From Octopus bimaculoides (lineage: Eukaryota), in assembly GCF_001194135.2 (NCBI RefSeq), contig NC_068984.1:119729083-119793082 (forward strand): a stretch of 64,000 nt of DNA. The letters are read 5' to 3'. The notes beneath the pieces were generated by a model. It made no database searches and was not told where the DNA came from. It saw nothing but the letters and a program-made list of their open reading frames with translations. How positions within the stretch are numbered: position 1 is the stretch's first letter; every line of letters begins with the position of its first letter. The translations under genes and the position numbers were made by a program. Positions 63,698 to 64,000 of this stretch are shown piece by piece.

Positions 63698-64000
63698 GTG
63701 GATTCTCCCATCGTTAGATAATGCATGAGAGTTTGACAATTTCTTATCGAATAACCACACTGGTGATTTGTTTATAGTGATCAAATGTTTGTGTAGACAT
63801 AAACTCACTCCCTCCATCAGATCGACATTACTTGTACAGGTGCAACAAGCGTCATATATCAGATGTTGAAATGATCACAGAGCAATGTGAAATGAAGTGC
63901 TTTGCTCAAGAACATAATGCAGTGCCCGGTCTGGGAATCGAACACATGATCTTGCAATTGTGAGTGCAACACCTTAACCACTAAGCCATGTGCCTACACA

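Noticed and set aside
62830-63817. 250-305-aa ORFs
   Set aside because: Artefacts of an N gap and microsatellites.

Overview
AT-rich metazoan genomic DNA, very likely Octopus or another cephalopod. This is an inference from dense (CA)n/(TA)n/(ATC)n microsatellites and many copies of tRNA-derived SINEs resembling octopus families. No prokaryotic features and no CRISPR. Five N gaps: 19243-19368, 42954-42974, 43757-43766, 54935-54944, 63064-63666. The one well-supported gene is a + strand secretory-pathway thioredoxin/PDI-like gene, missed by the ORF track. It has six phase-compatible GT-AG exons (1418-1519, 4707-4752, 7968-8142, 22008-22180, 24686-24747, 43061-43110) giving 202 aa plus a split codon: signal peptide, a Trx domain with an atypical CVQC motif, and a second Trx-like domain without CXXC. 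Its 3' exons could not be located. The rest is mostly transposon debris: SINEs, RTE, R4-like and CR1/L2-like LINE ends, a Ty3/gypsy pol fragment, two Penelope-like coding fragments, and piggyBac-, Tc1/mariner- and hAT-like MITEs and foldbacks, several nested. The most notable non-coding signal is four different hammerhead-ribozyme-like motifs, at least some in Penelope-type terminal repeats. The near-intact one is antisense and upstream of the gene; the two lying sense inside intron 5 both carry core substitutions. Several CpG-rich promoter-like patches and candidate antisense or downstream exons are reported at low confidence. Almost all other ORF-track entries are microsatellite or SINE artefacts.
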